Positions 49,104 through 57,869 of a stretch of 64,000 nucleotides of DNA are shown piece by piece. Made by a program: the position numbers and the translations under genes. Source of the DNA: Candidatus Kapaibacterium sp. (lineage in GTDB: Bacteria; Bacteroidota; Ignavibacteria; Kapaibacteriales; UBA2268); contig OY761611.1 in NCBI GenBank assembly GCA_963664875.1, positions 1,760,958 through 1,824,957 on the forward strand, in the 5' to 3' direction. The first letter of the stretch is position 1; every line of letters begins with the position of its first letter. Below the pieces are notes generated by a model. It was given only the letters and a program-made list of their open reading frames with translations. It did no database searches and had not been told where the DNA came from.

Positions 49104-50555
49104 TTGCGTAAAGCAATTTGCTTTCTCTTTACTTTTTATTTTCTTGGGAACATGATGTACGATAATATTATTTCTGAGTCGCAGATATTTGAGCTTCTTA
49201 GTCATGCTCAAAAACCTGATAATAAGCAAATAGATGATATTTTGATTAAAGCTAAAGAGCTTAAAGGGCTTTCAAAAGAAGATGTAGCCGTCCTTCTTAA
49301 TATAGAAGATAATGATACACTCCAAAAGCTATATGAGACTGCACTATACATAAAAGAAGAAATTTACGGCAATCGCCTCGTGCTTTTTGCTCCGCTTTAT
49401 GTCTCTAATCATTGTGCAAATAACTGCTTATATTGCGGTTTCAGAGCTGCTAATAAAGAAATACACCGTCACACCTTGACGTTGGATCAGGTAAAAGAGG
49501 AAACTCTTGAGCTATTGAAGCAGGGACATAAGCGCGCTCTTATGCTTATTGGCGAAGGACACAAAAGCTGTACGTTTGACTACTTCCTCGAAACAATCGA
49601 CGCTGTTTATAGTGTTAGAGATGACAAAGGAAGCAGCATCAGACGTGTCAATGTGGAAATTGCTCCGCTCACTGACGAAGAATTCCAAAAACTTAGAAAT
49701 GTAAAAATTGGTACTTATACTGTTTTTCAGGAAACTTACCACAGAGAAACATATAAACAAATGCACCCGAGCGGCAAAAAGTCTGATTATGACTGGCGTA
49801 TCGAAGTTATGCACCGTGCATTGAAAAACGGAATGCACGATGTCGGAATCGGCGCTTTGTTCGGATTGTATGACTATAAATTTGAAGTAATGGCTCTTAT
49901 CCAACATGCTGAATCTTTGGATAAGGAATTTAACGTTGGCCCTCACACGATCTCTATCCCGAGGATCAAACCAGCTTCCAATGCACCGGCAGCATTGCAT
50001 ATACCTCATCAGGTTAGCGACAGAGATTTTAAAAAGCTCGTCGCTGTGCTTAGGCTTGCTGTCCCTTATACCGGTATGATTTTATCAACTCGCGAACCAA
50101 TGTCTCTTAGAACTGAGCTATTCGATTTGGGTATATCTCAAATAAGTGCCGGCTCTAAGACTAATCCGGGTGGATATAAGCAGGCGATGAACGAGCACGA
50201 AGAAGATGCTTCTCAGTTCTGCCTAAACGATGCACGCACTTCCGGTGAAATTATACATGATGTAATTAAAATGGGGCACGTTCCTTCTTTCTGTACCGGT
50301 TGTTACCGCAAAGAAAGAGTGGGAGCTGACTTTATGGACTTGGCAAAACCGGGACTTATCAAGTTGCACTGCCTTCCAAACGGGCTAACTACGCTAAAAG
50401 AATATCTCGAAGATTACGCAACTCCTGAAACTAAGGCTCTAGGCGAAGCTCTGATAGAAAAGGAAATAATGAATATTCCTGCTGAAAACGTTAGAGAAAG
50501 AACTCGGGAATTCTTAAGCAAAATCGAAAAAGGCGAAAGAGATTTATACTTCTAA
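49104..50555 (+). CDS. hydG: [FeFe]-hydrogenase maturase HydG (radical SAM, tyrosine-lyase-like)
   Basis: The radical-SAM motif CANNCLYCGF is present. The C-terminal auxiliary cluster motif CTGCYRKE-x22-C (FCTGCYRKERVGADFMDLAKPGLIKLHC) is present. The protein is about 470 aa and sits next to hydE. Confidence 0.8.
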   Translation: MRKAICFLFTFYFLGNMMYDNIISESQIFELLSHAQKPDNKQIDDILIKAKELKGLSKEDVAVLLNIEDNDTLQKLYETALYIKEEIYGNRLVLFAPLYVSNHCANNCLYCGFRAANKEIHRHTLTLDQVKEETLELLKQGHKRALMLIGEGHKSCTFDYFLETIDAVYSVRDDKGSSIRRVNVEIAPLTDEEFQKLRNVKIGTYTVFQETYHRETYKQMHPSGKKSDYDWRIEVMHRALKNGMHDVGIGALFGLYDYKFEVMALIQHAESLDKEFNVGPHTISIPRIKPASNAPAALHIPHQVSDRDFKKLVAVLRLAVPYTGMILSTREPMSLRTELFDLGISQISAGSKTNPGGYKQAMNEHEEDASQFCLNDARTSGEIIHDVIKMGHVPSFCTGCYRKERVGADFMDLAKPGLIKLHCLPNGLTTLKEYLEDYATPETKALGEALIEKEIMNIPAENVRERTREFLSKIEKGERDLYF

Positions 50556-50564
50556 GGAAAAAAA

Positions 50565-51659
50565 TTGAATAATATAGATAGCATCCTCTTACAAGACAAT
50601 TTTACAAAAGAAGATATTGTCTCTCTGCTCGCTATTGAGTCAGACGAGGACATGGAAAAACTACGCAAGCGAGCCAACGACGTGCTAATGGAACACGTCG
50701 GCGAAAAGATATTTCTGCGTGGTTTAGTCGAGTTTTCCAATATCTGTGCTTTAGATTGCAACTATTGCGGCATCAGAAAAAGCAACAAAAATGTACACCG
50801 CTACCAGCTCACTAAAGATGAAGTAGTCAGTGCAGCTAAGTGGTGCGCCGATAAAGGATACGGCTCTTTTGTGCTACAGTCAGGCGAAAGAAGTGATAGC
50901 CATTTTATAGATTACGTATGCGATTTGCTTCGAGGCGTAAAAGATGCTTCCAAATCGGAACAACTACCGAACGGGCTTGGCATAACTCTCTCCATTGGCG
51001 AGCAAACGAAAGAGGACTATCAAAAGTTATATGATGCCGGAGCTCACCGCTTCCTTCTTCGCATCGAATCTACAAATAGAGAACTTTTCGATAAAATACA
51101 CCCGCACTCTCAGTCTTTTGAAAGTCGCATCAAAGCGATGCAAAATCTGCGTGAAGTAGGTTTTCAGGTGGGAACAGGCGTTATGATTGGTCTGCCCGGA
51201 CAAACTTTGGATGACCTCGCAGGAGACATTCTTTTCTTCAAGGAGCAGGATGTTGACATGATTGGCATGGGGCCTTACCTTGTGCATAGAGATACACCTA
51301 TGGCAGATTACTATGCAACATGGCTCGAACGCAAAGACGAAATAACAAAACTCGCTCTGAAGATGATAGCCGTTACAAGGATTGTGCTGAAAGATGTAAA
51401 TATTGCCTCTACAACTGCACTTGAGACAATTCATCCGAGTGGAAAAGAAAAAGGACTGATGCACGGAGCAAATGTAATCATGCCTATGCTCACTCCCGAA
51501 AACATACGCGCAAACTACAAACTCTACGAGGGCAAGCCAACAGGCGACAACTTCAAATCGGAACAAGGCGGAGACTCCCCTATTCTAAAAATTGCCGGAA
51601 GAGAAGTAAACTACGGCTCATGGGGCGATTCCAAGCATTTTGAGAGAAAGAGGAAGTAA
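50565..51659 (+). CDS. hydE: [FeFe]-hydrogenase maturase HydE (radical SAM, BioB-like)
   Basis: The motif CALDCNYCGIRKSN is present. The 364 aa protein lies immediately downstream of hydG. Confidence 0.75.
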   Translation: MNNIDSILLQDNFTKEDIVSLLAIESDEDMEKLRKRANDVLMEHVGEKIFLRGLVEFSNICALDCNYCGIRKSNKNVHRYQLTKDEVVSAAKWCADKGYGSFVLQSGERSDSHFIDYVCDLLRGVKDASKSEQLPNGLGITLSIGEQTKEDYQKLYDAGAHRFLLRIESTNRELFDKIHPHSQSFESRIKAMQNLREVGFQVGTGVMIGLPGQTLDDLAGDILFFKEQDVDMIGMGPYLVHRDTPMADYYATWLERKDEITKLALKMIAVTRIVLKDVNIASTTALETIHPSGKEKGLMHGANVIMPMLTPENIRANYKLYEGKPTGDNFKSEQGGDSPILKIAGREVNYGSWGDSKHFERKRK

Positions 51660-51730
51660 GAGAGTAGCTCTTCCACCAGTATCAAGGCTCGTTTGGGACT
51701 TACACCTATCGTAACCGTGCCGGGAGCACG

Positions 51731-51764
51731 AAAAAAAAGACTCTATGAATTATATCATAGAGTC
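51731..51764 (-). terminator. Rho-independent terminator (minus strand) after the small-membrane-ORF cluster
   Basis: The 10 bp stem GACTCTATGA...TCATAGAGTC is preceded on the plus strand by A8, which gives T8 on the minus strand. Confidence 0.65.
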
Positions 51765-51815
51765 CAATAATAGGTAAGGAAAAAATATTTTCCCAAACAG
51801 TACTTGTTATAATTG

Positions 51816-52181
51816 CTAAGTTTCTTTGTTTCGAGACATATTCCCAAAAAACGCTAAAAAAGTTCCATATGATTGAACAATCATGCTTGGTGACATCAGT
51901 ATTTGGATAATATCGAAATCATTTGCACTATTTAGAAAAAAAAGATACAAAGAAATAAGAAGCAATATTTCCGATGCATACCTCATCATAATATATACTT
52001 TTTTTTCTTTAAAATTGAAAAACAATCTGTTAATTAAGACAATATTGCTAAACAATAATATTAAATGTGCTTCTGAGTTTGCATACTTATCAAAAATAAA
52101 TATACTATACAGTAAGAACAACTCTATACTTGCTAAAACAATGAAACCGGTCACCAATAGTGCAGTATTTCTTTTTTTCAT
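51816..52181 (-). CDS. Hypothetical small membrane protein (121 aa)
   Basis: About three hydrophobic helices are predicted. A minus-strand terminator follows about 55 nt downstream. The region is AT-rich, so confidence is low. Confidence 0.3.
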   Translation of the reverse strand: MKKRNTALLVTGFIVLASIELFLLYSIFIFDKYANSEAHLILLFSNIVLINRLFFNFKEKKVYIMMRYASEILLLISLYLFFLNSANDFDIIQILMSPSMIVQSYGTFLAFFGNMSRNKET

Positions 52182-52247
52182 AATATTCTACTTCTTTTTA
52201 ATCACCGAAAAAACGAGCAAAACTGTTATATATTAAGGTAGCCGTGT

Positions 52248-52484
52248 TCATTGCTTCCTTCTTTTTAGCAGTGCATCTTTGCTATATTTTACTCCATAGA
52301 TGATGACATGCGGAAGAATAGCTATATTAATCATAAAAAAGTAAACATGCAGCAAATCTAACTCTATCAAAACTAAGACCGCTATAAATATCAGCACTTC
52401 TATATATAGATATATCGGTTTCATGTCATACCTGCGATTATAAATTACAATTCGCAAAATACACAATATTATATTCATTTTCAT
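52248..52484 (-). CDS. Hypothetical small membrane protein (78 aa)
   Basis: About two hydrophobic helices are predicted. It has the same orientation as its neighbours. Confidence 0.25.
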   Translation of the reverse strand: MKMNIILCILRIVIYNRRYDMKPIYLYIEVLIFIAVLVLIELDLLHVYFFMINIAILPHVIIYGVKYSKDALLKRRKQ

Positions 52485-52778
52485 ATAGAATACAGCATAG
52501 AGTGTAAGTTTTATGCTCTATTAGCTACTATTTACCTATACTACCTGCTAAAAGCTACCTGAGAAGCCTGACCGTCTAAGTGCTGGATGCCAAGGCTGTT
52601 AAATCTAAAGTTTTGCCTTTTAAGGAGTATTTGGAGTTAAATGTTTTTATTATTTATGACTATGCTGATAGTTTGTTTCAATTATAGTAATCAAAGGGCT
52701 CTGTTTATCATTGTCGAAGAACATGATATTACATAATCAGAAAAAGTTCTACAAATACAGTTCAGAATCAATAGACTA

Positions 52779-52967
52779 TCAAACAAAAAGCCAAAACAAA
52801 ACAACTACTAATGCCACATAGCAACTGAAAAAAATATACTTTTTATTTCTGTTGCCAAAGAATATATTCGATACTTTGGCATATAAAACAGGATTGTTCT
52901 TTTCTGTTTTATGTTTCAGAATAAAAATCGAAAATAATATTCCAAAATACAATAAAAACAATACCAT
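52779..52967 (-). CDS. Hypothetical small membrane protein (62 aa)
   Basis: It consists of two hydrophobic segments. It has the same orientation as, and lies downstream of, the paralogous lipoprotein genes. Confidence 0.2.
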   Translation of the reverse strand: MVLFLLYFGILFSIFILKHKTEKNNPVLYAKVSNIFFGNRNKKYIFFSCYVALVVVLFWLFV

Positions 52968-53040
52968 AGGATTTACCCTAAAATTATTTTTTGAATTCTA
53001 TGTAGGTTTAGGTCGAAAACCTAAACCTACGTATGTTTGA

Positions 53041-53940
53041 TTAATCCCACCAACCGAAAAGATATTTACCTGCTGCGGCAACTCCACAAACAACTGCATT
53101 GGTCACCACTACAGCAGAACTACCAGAGGCAGCTGCAGCACCTGGCAAAGCTCCGATTCCTCCTGTACAAACACCACCTGCAATTGCTCCAGCAGCATCA
53201 GCTAATACAGTTCCAACTGCACAAGCAGCAACAGCAGCTTCTGTTTTTCCAATCTTTTTAGAAACTACATTTTGTTCTTTTGCTCCTAACAACTTGCTTA
53301 CGTTAAATTCATAAGAATGTTTCACGATAGCAATAGTTTTAAGAGCCATAGTTTCTTCTTCATCCCATGTCTCTTGTAAAATCTTACTTTCTACTGCTTG
53401 AATTCGATTAGCAATACTTGCCAAAGTAAACATCTCCTCTCCTTCAATAATATTTCGTAATTCATCAAAAATGTAAACTACCATATTAGCATCTTTCTCA
53501 GAAGTACAGCCATATATGGTCTCTCTTAATGAGGATGTCAGAAAATAGCCTGTGTTTAGTTCGTTTACTGCTGTTTTAAATCCGTTAGATATTAGGAAAT
53601 CATCCACTTCTTGTTCAGATACGTTTAGGGACTGATTATTAAGAGCTCCAGTGATAATAGTCAACACTTTGCTATTAAAGTTGTCATCTTCATAGTTAGA
53701 AGTACTAGTAAACTCACCTGATTGGTAGTAAGGCAATAATTGCTGAAAAACTTCTTCCATAGCTTTATTATGTATTTCGCCTAAGTAATCATAGGGATTT
53801 ACTAACTGTACTTGGACACTATTTGTTATAGTATTGTTTGACATTGCAGGAACAACAGATTCATTGTCTTCTGTACAACTCATCAAACCAAAGATTGAAA
53901 GCGATAATGCCATTAAGGCAAGGATAATTTTTGTTTTCAT
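53041..53940 (-). CDS. Secreted lipoprotein with a C-terminal Gly/Ala-rich glycine-zipper tail (bacteriocin/microcin-like)
   Basis: The N-terminus MKTKIILALMALSLSIFGLMSC has a lipobox. The C-terminus is AVAACAVGTVLADAAGAIAGGVCTGGIGALPGAAAASGSSAVVVTNAVVCGVAAAGKYLFGWWD. Confidence 0.6.
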   Translation of the reverse strand: MKTKIILALMALSLSIFGLMSCTEDNESVVPAMSNNTITNSVQVQLVNPYDYLGEIHNKAMEEVFQQLLPYYQSGEFTSTSNYEDDNFNSKVLTIITGALNNQSLNVSEQEVDDFLISNGFKTAVNELNTGYFLTSSLRETIYGCTSEKDANMVVYIFDELRNIIEGEEMFTLASIANRIQAVESKILQETWDEEETMALKTIAIVKHSYEFNVSKLLGAKEQNVVSKKIGKTEAAVAACAVGTVLADAAGAIAGGVCTGGIGALPGAAAASGSSAVVVTNAVVCGVAAAGKYLFGWWD

Positions 53941-53975
53941 TTTGATATCTGTAATTAGTTTTTACATTAAGTAAT

Positions 53976-54102
53976 TGAATTACTATTGCTTTTAAGCGAA
54001 AAAGCAATAATTTACAGTGCATGATTTCGTGTAAGTCAAACATTTCGAAATCACGTGCGTTTTGTAGCCGATTACTCCCCAGTATCGGCTCTTTTTTTGC
54101 CG
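53976..54102 (+). repeat. Conserved upstream element, copy 1: three hairpins, the last being an intrinsic terminator on the plus strand
   Basis: Copy 1 is nearly identical to 55217-55344. The first hairpin is TATTGCTTTT...AAAAGCAATA. The second is TGATTTCG...CGAAATCA and contains the palindrome ATTTCGAAAT. The third is AGCCGATTACT-CCCC-AGTATCGGCT followed by T7. Confidence 0.7.
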
Positions 54103-54314
54103 TTTGTGTAATTTAGTTATAGTTTTTAGAACACTTTACTCCTGTTTCTTATTGAATATGATATTCCTATTTCGTAAAACTGATTTTTGAAGTTAAATGT
54201 TCCAAAATAGAACAACCATTTTGCAAAGAAAATTATTACAAGTATACTTTATAATACAAAATTAGCGAGTTAACTTTTATGTATTCATCCTATTACATAT
54301 TAGTATGCTATATT

Positions 54315-55181
54315 TTATTTTCCCCAGTTGCCTAAGTCAACTTCTCCCAACCAAACCTCAGCTATATCAGGCTCGAGTTTAACAAGCCCCATTTTAATTA
54401 ACACTTCAAGCCATGAACCAGGTAAAACAACTACACCTTTCAAGCTAATAAAACCATCAGGCATAAACTTGATATTCCCATTGCCAAACCAGAACAAACT
54501 CCCCAAAAACATTTGCATAGTCGGCTTAGTAAAGATTGGCAATTCACCTTCATAGTCCGGTTTACAGCCGGTTTGGACAAACCAAACATCTTTATCTTCA
54601 TCTATAAGATTATTCCAATATACTGCATTAGCAAGACTTAGTTCACAAGCATTAAGTAAGATACTTTTTTTCGAGGACAACAATCCAAAATCACTATTAA
54701 TTGCTTTTTTTATTTCAGTGATTTTAGAATCCATCTCAGCTATATCATTAACATTTGCAATTATATCTGCGATTTGTCTGATATAATTTTTCACTAAATC
54801 AGAAATATTCGCATTATTATAATAATCCTGTAATGAGATCGATTGTATCATTGTGTAATTTTCTACAATCCAATCGTTGAATTCTGTCGGAATTGAATTC
54901 ATATCTGAAGCTACAAATATGTTGCTCTTGTACATATTGCTAAAGCTCTGATAATCACATAATCCAATGAATTGATCTTTTAAACTAAAAAAATTATGCC
55001 AAGTTTGATTAAGCTGGTAAGAAACCTCAGTATTCAATATGCTAAGTTTTGACACATTTGAACTGCTAAATTCGCTTGAATTATCTGATGGCATTGTGTT
55101 AGAAGCTTGTTCCGTACAACTCATAAGACCAAAGATAGAAATCGATAATGCCATAATAGCAAGAATAATTTTTGTTTTCAT
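54315..55181 (-). CDS. Secreted lipoprotein paralog
   Basis: The N-terminus MKTKIILAIMALSISIFGLMSC matches the 53041..53940 gene at 19 of the first 22 residues. The rest of the protein has diverged. Confidence 0.6.
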   Translation of the reverse strand: MKTKIILAIMALSISIFGLMSCTEQASNTMPSDNSSEFSSSNVSKLSILNTEVSYQLNQTWHNFFSLKDQFIGLCDYQSFSNMYKSNIFVASDMNSIPTEFNDWIVENYTMIQSISLQDYYNNANISDLVKNYIRQIADIIANVNDIAEMDSKITEIKKAINSDFGLLSSKKSILLNACELSLANAVYWNNLIDEDKDVWFVQTGCKPDYEGELPIFTKPTMQMFLGSLFWFGNGNIKFMPDGFISLKGVVVLPGSWLEVLIKMGLVKLEPDIAEVWLGEVDLGNWGK

Positions 55182-55216
55182 ATTTTTAACTGTAATATGA
55201 TTCTACATTATTTTAT

Positions 55217-55344
55217 TGAATTCCTATTGCTTCTTTTCAAAAAAAGCAATATATTACAGTGCATGATTTCGTGTAAGTCAAACATTTCGAAATCACGTGC
55301 GTTTTGTAGCCGATTACTCCCCAGTATCGGCTCTTTTTTTGCCG
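55217..55344 (+). repeat. Conserved upstream element, copy 2
   Basis: Copy 2 is about 95% identical to 53976-54102 over roughly 125 bp. It includes the same hairpin and T-run terminator. Confidence 0.7.
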
Positions 55345-55455
55345 AAATTATTTTTTACTTTTTGTCAAGAAATATATCACCTATAAATCAATGAATAAAC
55401 TATTTTCGTCTGTTATTATAGTCAAATATCAACAGCACTAATTTAGCAATTTCTC

Positions 55456-55495
55456 AAAAAAAAAAAAAACGAAAATGCTATGTTTCTTTAGCATT
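55456..55495 (-). terminator. Rho-independent terminator (minus strand) about 200 bp beyond the esterase terminator
   Basis: The plus strand carries an A14 run followed by AATGCTA...TAGCATT. On the minus strand this is a hairpin followed by T14. Confidence 0.5.
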
Positions 55496-55671
55496 CATAA
55501 TTCAAACTATCCTTGATAACATGGGCTATGCAATGACTTATATTCTAACATAATGATTTAACACTATTTACCGCTGAATTTCTGTCGTTATATAGTATTA
55601 TTTTTACAATAAGAACTATTATGAATGAGTATTTTAATACACCTATAATTTATTCATTATTTTATTCATTT

Positions 55672-55710
55672 TTACAAAAAAAGAGCATAAGACCTGCATC
55701 CTATGCTCTT
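55672..55710 (-). terminator. Rho-independent terminator after the esterase gene (minus strand)
   Basis: The stem AGAGCATA...TATGCTCT is preceded on the plus strand by A-rich sequence, which gives a T-run on the minus strand. Confidence 0.7.
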
Positions 55711-55733
55711 TGATATGAATATCTGTATAGCAA

Positions 55734-57596
55734 CTATTGCACTATTACTTTTACATTTTTTCCGTTGAGGATTAAATTGTAAACTCCGGCGGAAAGTGCT
55801 CTTAAATCAAGCTGTTTCCCGTCCGCTTTTACTGCAGAAGTAACATCATTACCTAAAATATCAACTACTTTATATGTACTTGGTAGCTCAGTATTGATTG
55901 TAATAAAGTCAGCTGTAGGATTAGGGAATACTGAGATTTCTTCTTCGTTTGTTTCTTCTACTGAAACATTAGGATCTAAGATAATATTATCTATAAGAGT
56001 CATACCGCCCATTGCTCCATAAACTGAGAATTTGAATTGAGCGTGTTCGGACATATATTTAGAATCAAGATCAATTCTTTCAGTTCTCCAGTTTTCCTCT
56101 GCCGGTTTTACATTGTAGATATAAGTCTGTTCAAATATATCTTTGAATGGCTCATCATAAGTCGCAAGCTCTTCTCTTGTTTTTCTGTATATCTCTTCGA
56201 AAGTTTTACCACCGTCTATTGAGATTTCTACTACAAGAGTATCAGAGTAAATATATTCTGTTCCCTGAATATTATAATGGAAGTAGTTATAAGCAACATC
56301 AAAAGATAAATATGGAGCCATACCATCAATATTAAAGAATGGAGAAATCAGCTCATCTTTGAAGCCTTCGTAGTTAAATACCATAAGTGTAGGATTGCTG
56401 TAAAATGCCATAGCATAGTTGTCTCCATCTTGGTAAGGTTGCCAAGTTTCTAGTTGAGGGGATTCTTCTAAAAACCAATCATTTTCTAATTCGTTACCCG
56501 GAGCAGGATTGAATACATAAGGCAATTTATGAGGTTCCTCTGTGTAATAAATTGTATGTACAGTTTCTTCCTCTTCTTCTTTTGCTACGCCATTTACTTC
56601 CAGTACTTTGAAAGAAATATCATTTAGTCCCGGCTCTAAAGCACCTGCTTCCACTTCGAGCGATTCAAAAACGTACTGTTCAGCTTCGCCTTCCCAAGTA
56701 TATTCGTATGAATTAGTACCATTAGAAACTTCAAATTTGCAAGAAGTGATAGAGTTGTCTCCGGCACCTCTAAATCTGATATTAAACTTAGGTGTTTCTT
56801 CCAAAGTGTTGTTCGGTGAATCTATATCCATGATTTCTACTATGTCGTTGCCCATATTGTCCCCGTTAAAAGCAACCTGTGCAACCGGGAACGCATGATA
56901 AACAATAGAGTGTCCCATATCAGGAATCACAAAGTGACGCATAATTGCATTGTATTTTTCTAAACTGTCAACTACCATCTGAATTGGTTCTAAATAAAAA
57001 ATATCATCAGCACCATTTGTAATAATCATAGGAACCTTTCTTGCATTTTCATAACGAATGCGTTCGAAAATGCCTAAATCAGCATATAAATTCATTGCAT
57101 CTTTCGGCCCTTGCACTGCAGGAGTATTTAGTATTAGAGTATGAAATTTTTCCGGGTACTGCAAACCATAGCACATAGCCGAGCGCGCACCAAGAGAAAA
57201 GCCTTCAAGAAATATTCTGTCTTCAGCTACATTGTAGTTTGCTTTAACATAGTCGATACACTTGTCAACTATAGTAATGTCTTCACGAGGCTCGTAGAAG
57301 TCTCTGTTTTGGTCATCGCCACCATCAGGAATAACATAAATATAGTTATTATACATTGGGTCTAATTCCGCAACAGATTTAGCAAAAGCTGCCATATTCG
57401 CAGAGTTGTCACCCAAACCATGTAGCATAATCATTACATCATAAGCTTTTGTACCATCGTAATCCAAAGGTACATAAAGCGAAACAGGTCTGTCTTCATC
57501 CAAATGAGGAAGTGTGATATTAATTAAGCCGGTTTCCTGCGAAAAAGCAGTGCCAAAGCAAATAAATAAAGCGAGTAGAGTAGATAAGTATTTCAA
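55734..57596 (-). CDS. T9SS-secreted alpha/beta-hydrolase (esterase/lipase or depolymerase-like) with a C-terminal sorting domain
   Basis: An HGLGDNS oxyanion-hole-like segment is present. The nucleophile elbow is GFSLGA (GxSxG). The C-terminus ...GVYNLILNGKNVKVIVQ is a T9SS C-terminal domain. The start codon is TTG, with a GGGAGA SD. Confidence 0.75.
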   Translation of the reverse strand: MKYLSTLLALFICFGTAFSQETGLINITLPHLDEDRPVSLYVPLDYDGTKAYDVMIMLHGLGDNSANMAAFAKSVAELDPMYNNYIYVIPDGGDDQNRDFYEPREDITIVDKCIDYVKANYNVAEDRIFLEGFSLGARSAMCYGLQYPEKFHTLILNTPAVQGPKDAMNLYADLGIFERIRYENARKVPMIITNGADDIFYLEPIQMVVDSLEKYNAIMRHFVIPDMGHSIVYHAFPVAQVAFNGDNMGNDIVEIMDIDSPNNTLEETPKFNIRFRGAGDNSITSCKFEVSNGTNSYEYTWEGEAEQYVFESLEVEAGALEPGLNDISFKVLEVNGVAKEEEEETVHTIYYTEEPHKLPYVFNPAPGNELENDWFLEESPQLETWQPYQDGDNYAMAFYSNPTLMVFNYEGFKDELISPFFNIDGMAPYLSFDVAYNYFHYNIQGTEYIYSDTLVVEISIDGGKTFEEIYRKTREELATYDEPFKDIFEQTYIYNVKPAEENWRTERIDLDSKYMSEHAQFKFSVYGAMGGMTLIDNIILDPNVSVEETNEEEISVFPNPTADFITINTELPSTYKVVDILGNDVTSAVKADGKQLDLRALSAGVYNLILNGKNVKVIVQ

Positions 57597-57637
57597 CTCA
57601 AGTTCTCCCGATTAGTAACAGTAAATACAAAATGTTT

Positions 57638-57666
57638 TATATGATTAGCACAAATATATGTAAAAC
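57638..57666 (-). promoter_or_regulatory. Promoter-like element upstream of the esterase gene, duplicated at 60462-60490
   Basis: On the minus strand it reads TTTTACATATATTTGTGCTAATCATATA. This contains a TAtaTTTG -7-like box of the FCB-group type. Confidence 0.4.
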
Positions 57667-57869
57667 TGTGAACATAAAACAATTAAAAATGACGATTCGT
57701 TTTAACAAGAATCGTCATCAAATAAATAAGTGAAATATCTATATAAACATCTTCTTTTTTCAGGTTTTCTCAACTTTGTGTAAAGGATAGTTCGATATCA
57801 TTATCTTTGGTGCAGTAAGTGCTAGAACGATAGCAAAACCATACTTAAATAAATTGGATAACATGATAA

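Noticed and set aside
53000-53036. A 14 bp perfect inverted repeat, GTAGGTTTAGGT-cgaaa-ACCTAAACCTAC, immediately downstream of the Gly-zipper lipoprotein gene, which might be its terminator.
   Set aside because: No clean T-run follows on the minus strand. It could be an attenuator or a protein-binding site, and the sequence alone does not decide. It is mentioned under the locus finding only.
57638-57666. A possible CIRCE heat-shock element, suggested by TTAGCAC in the repeated promoter-like element.
   Set aside because: The GAGTGCTAA partner half-site is absent. The element fits a -7 promoter box better.
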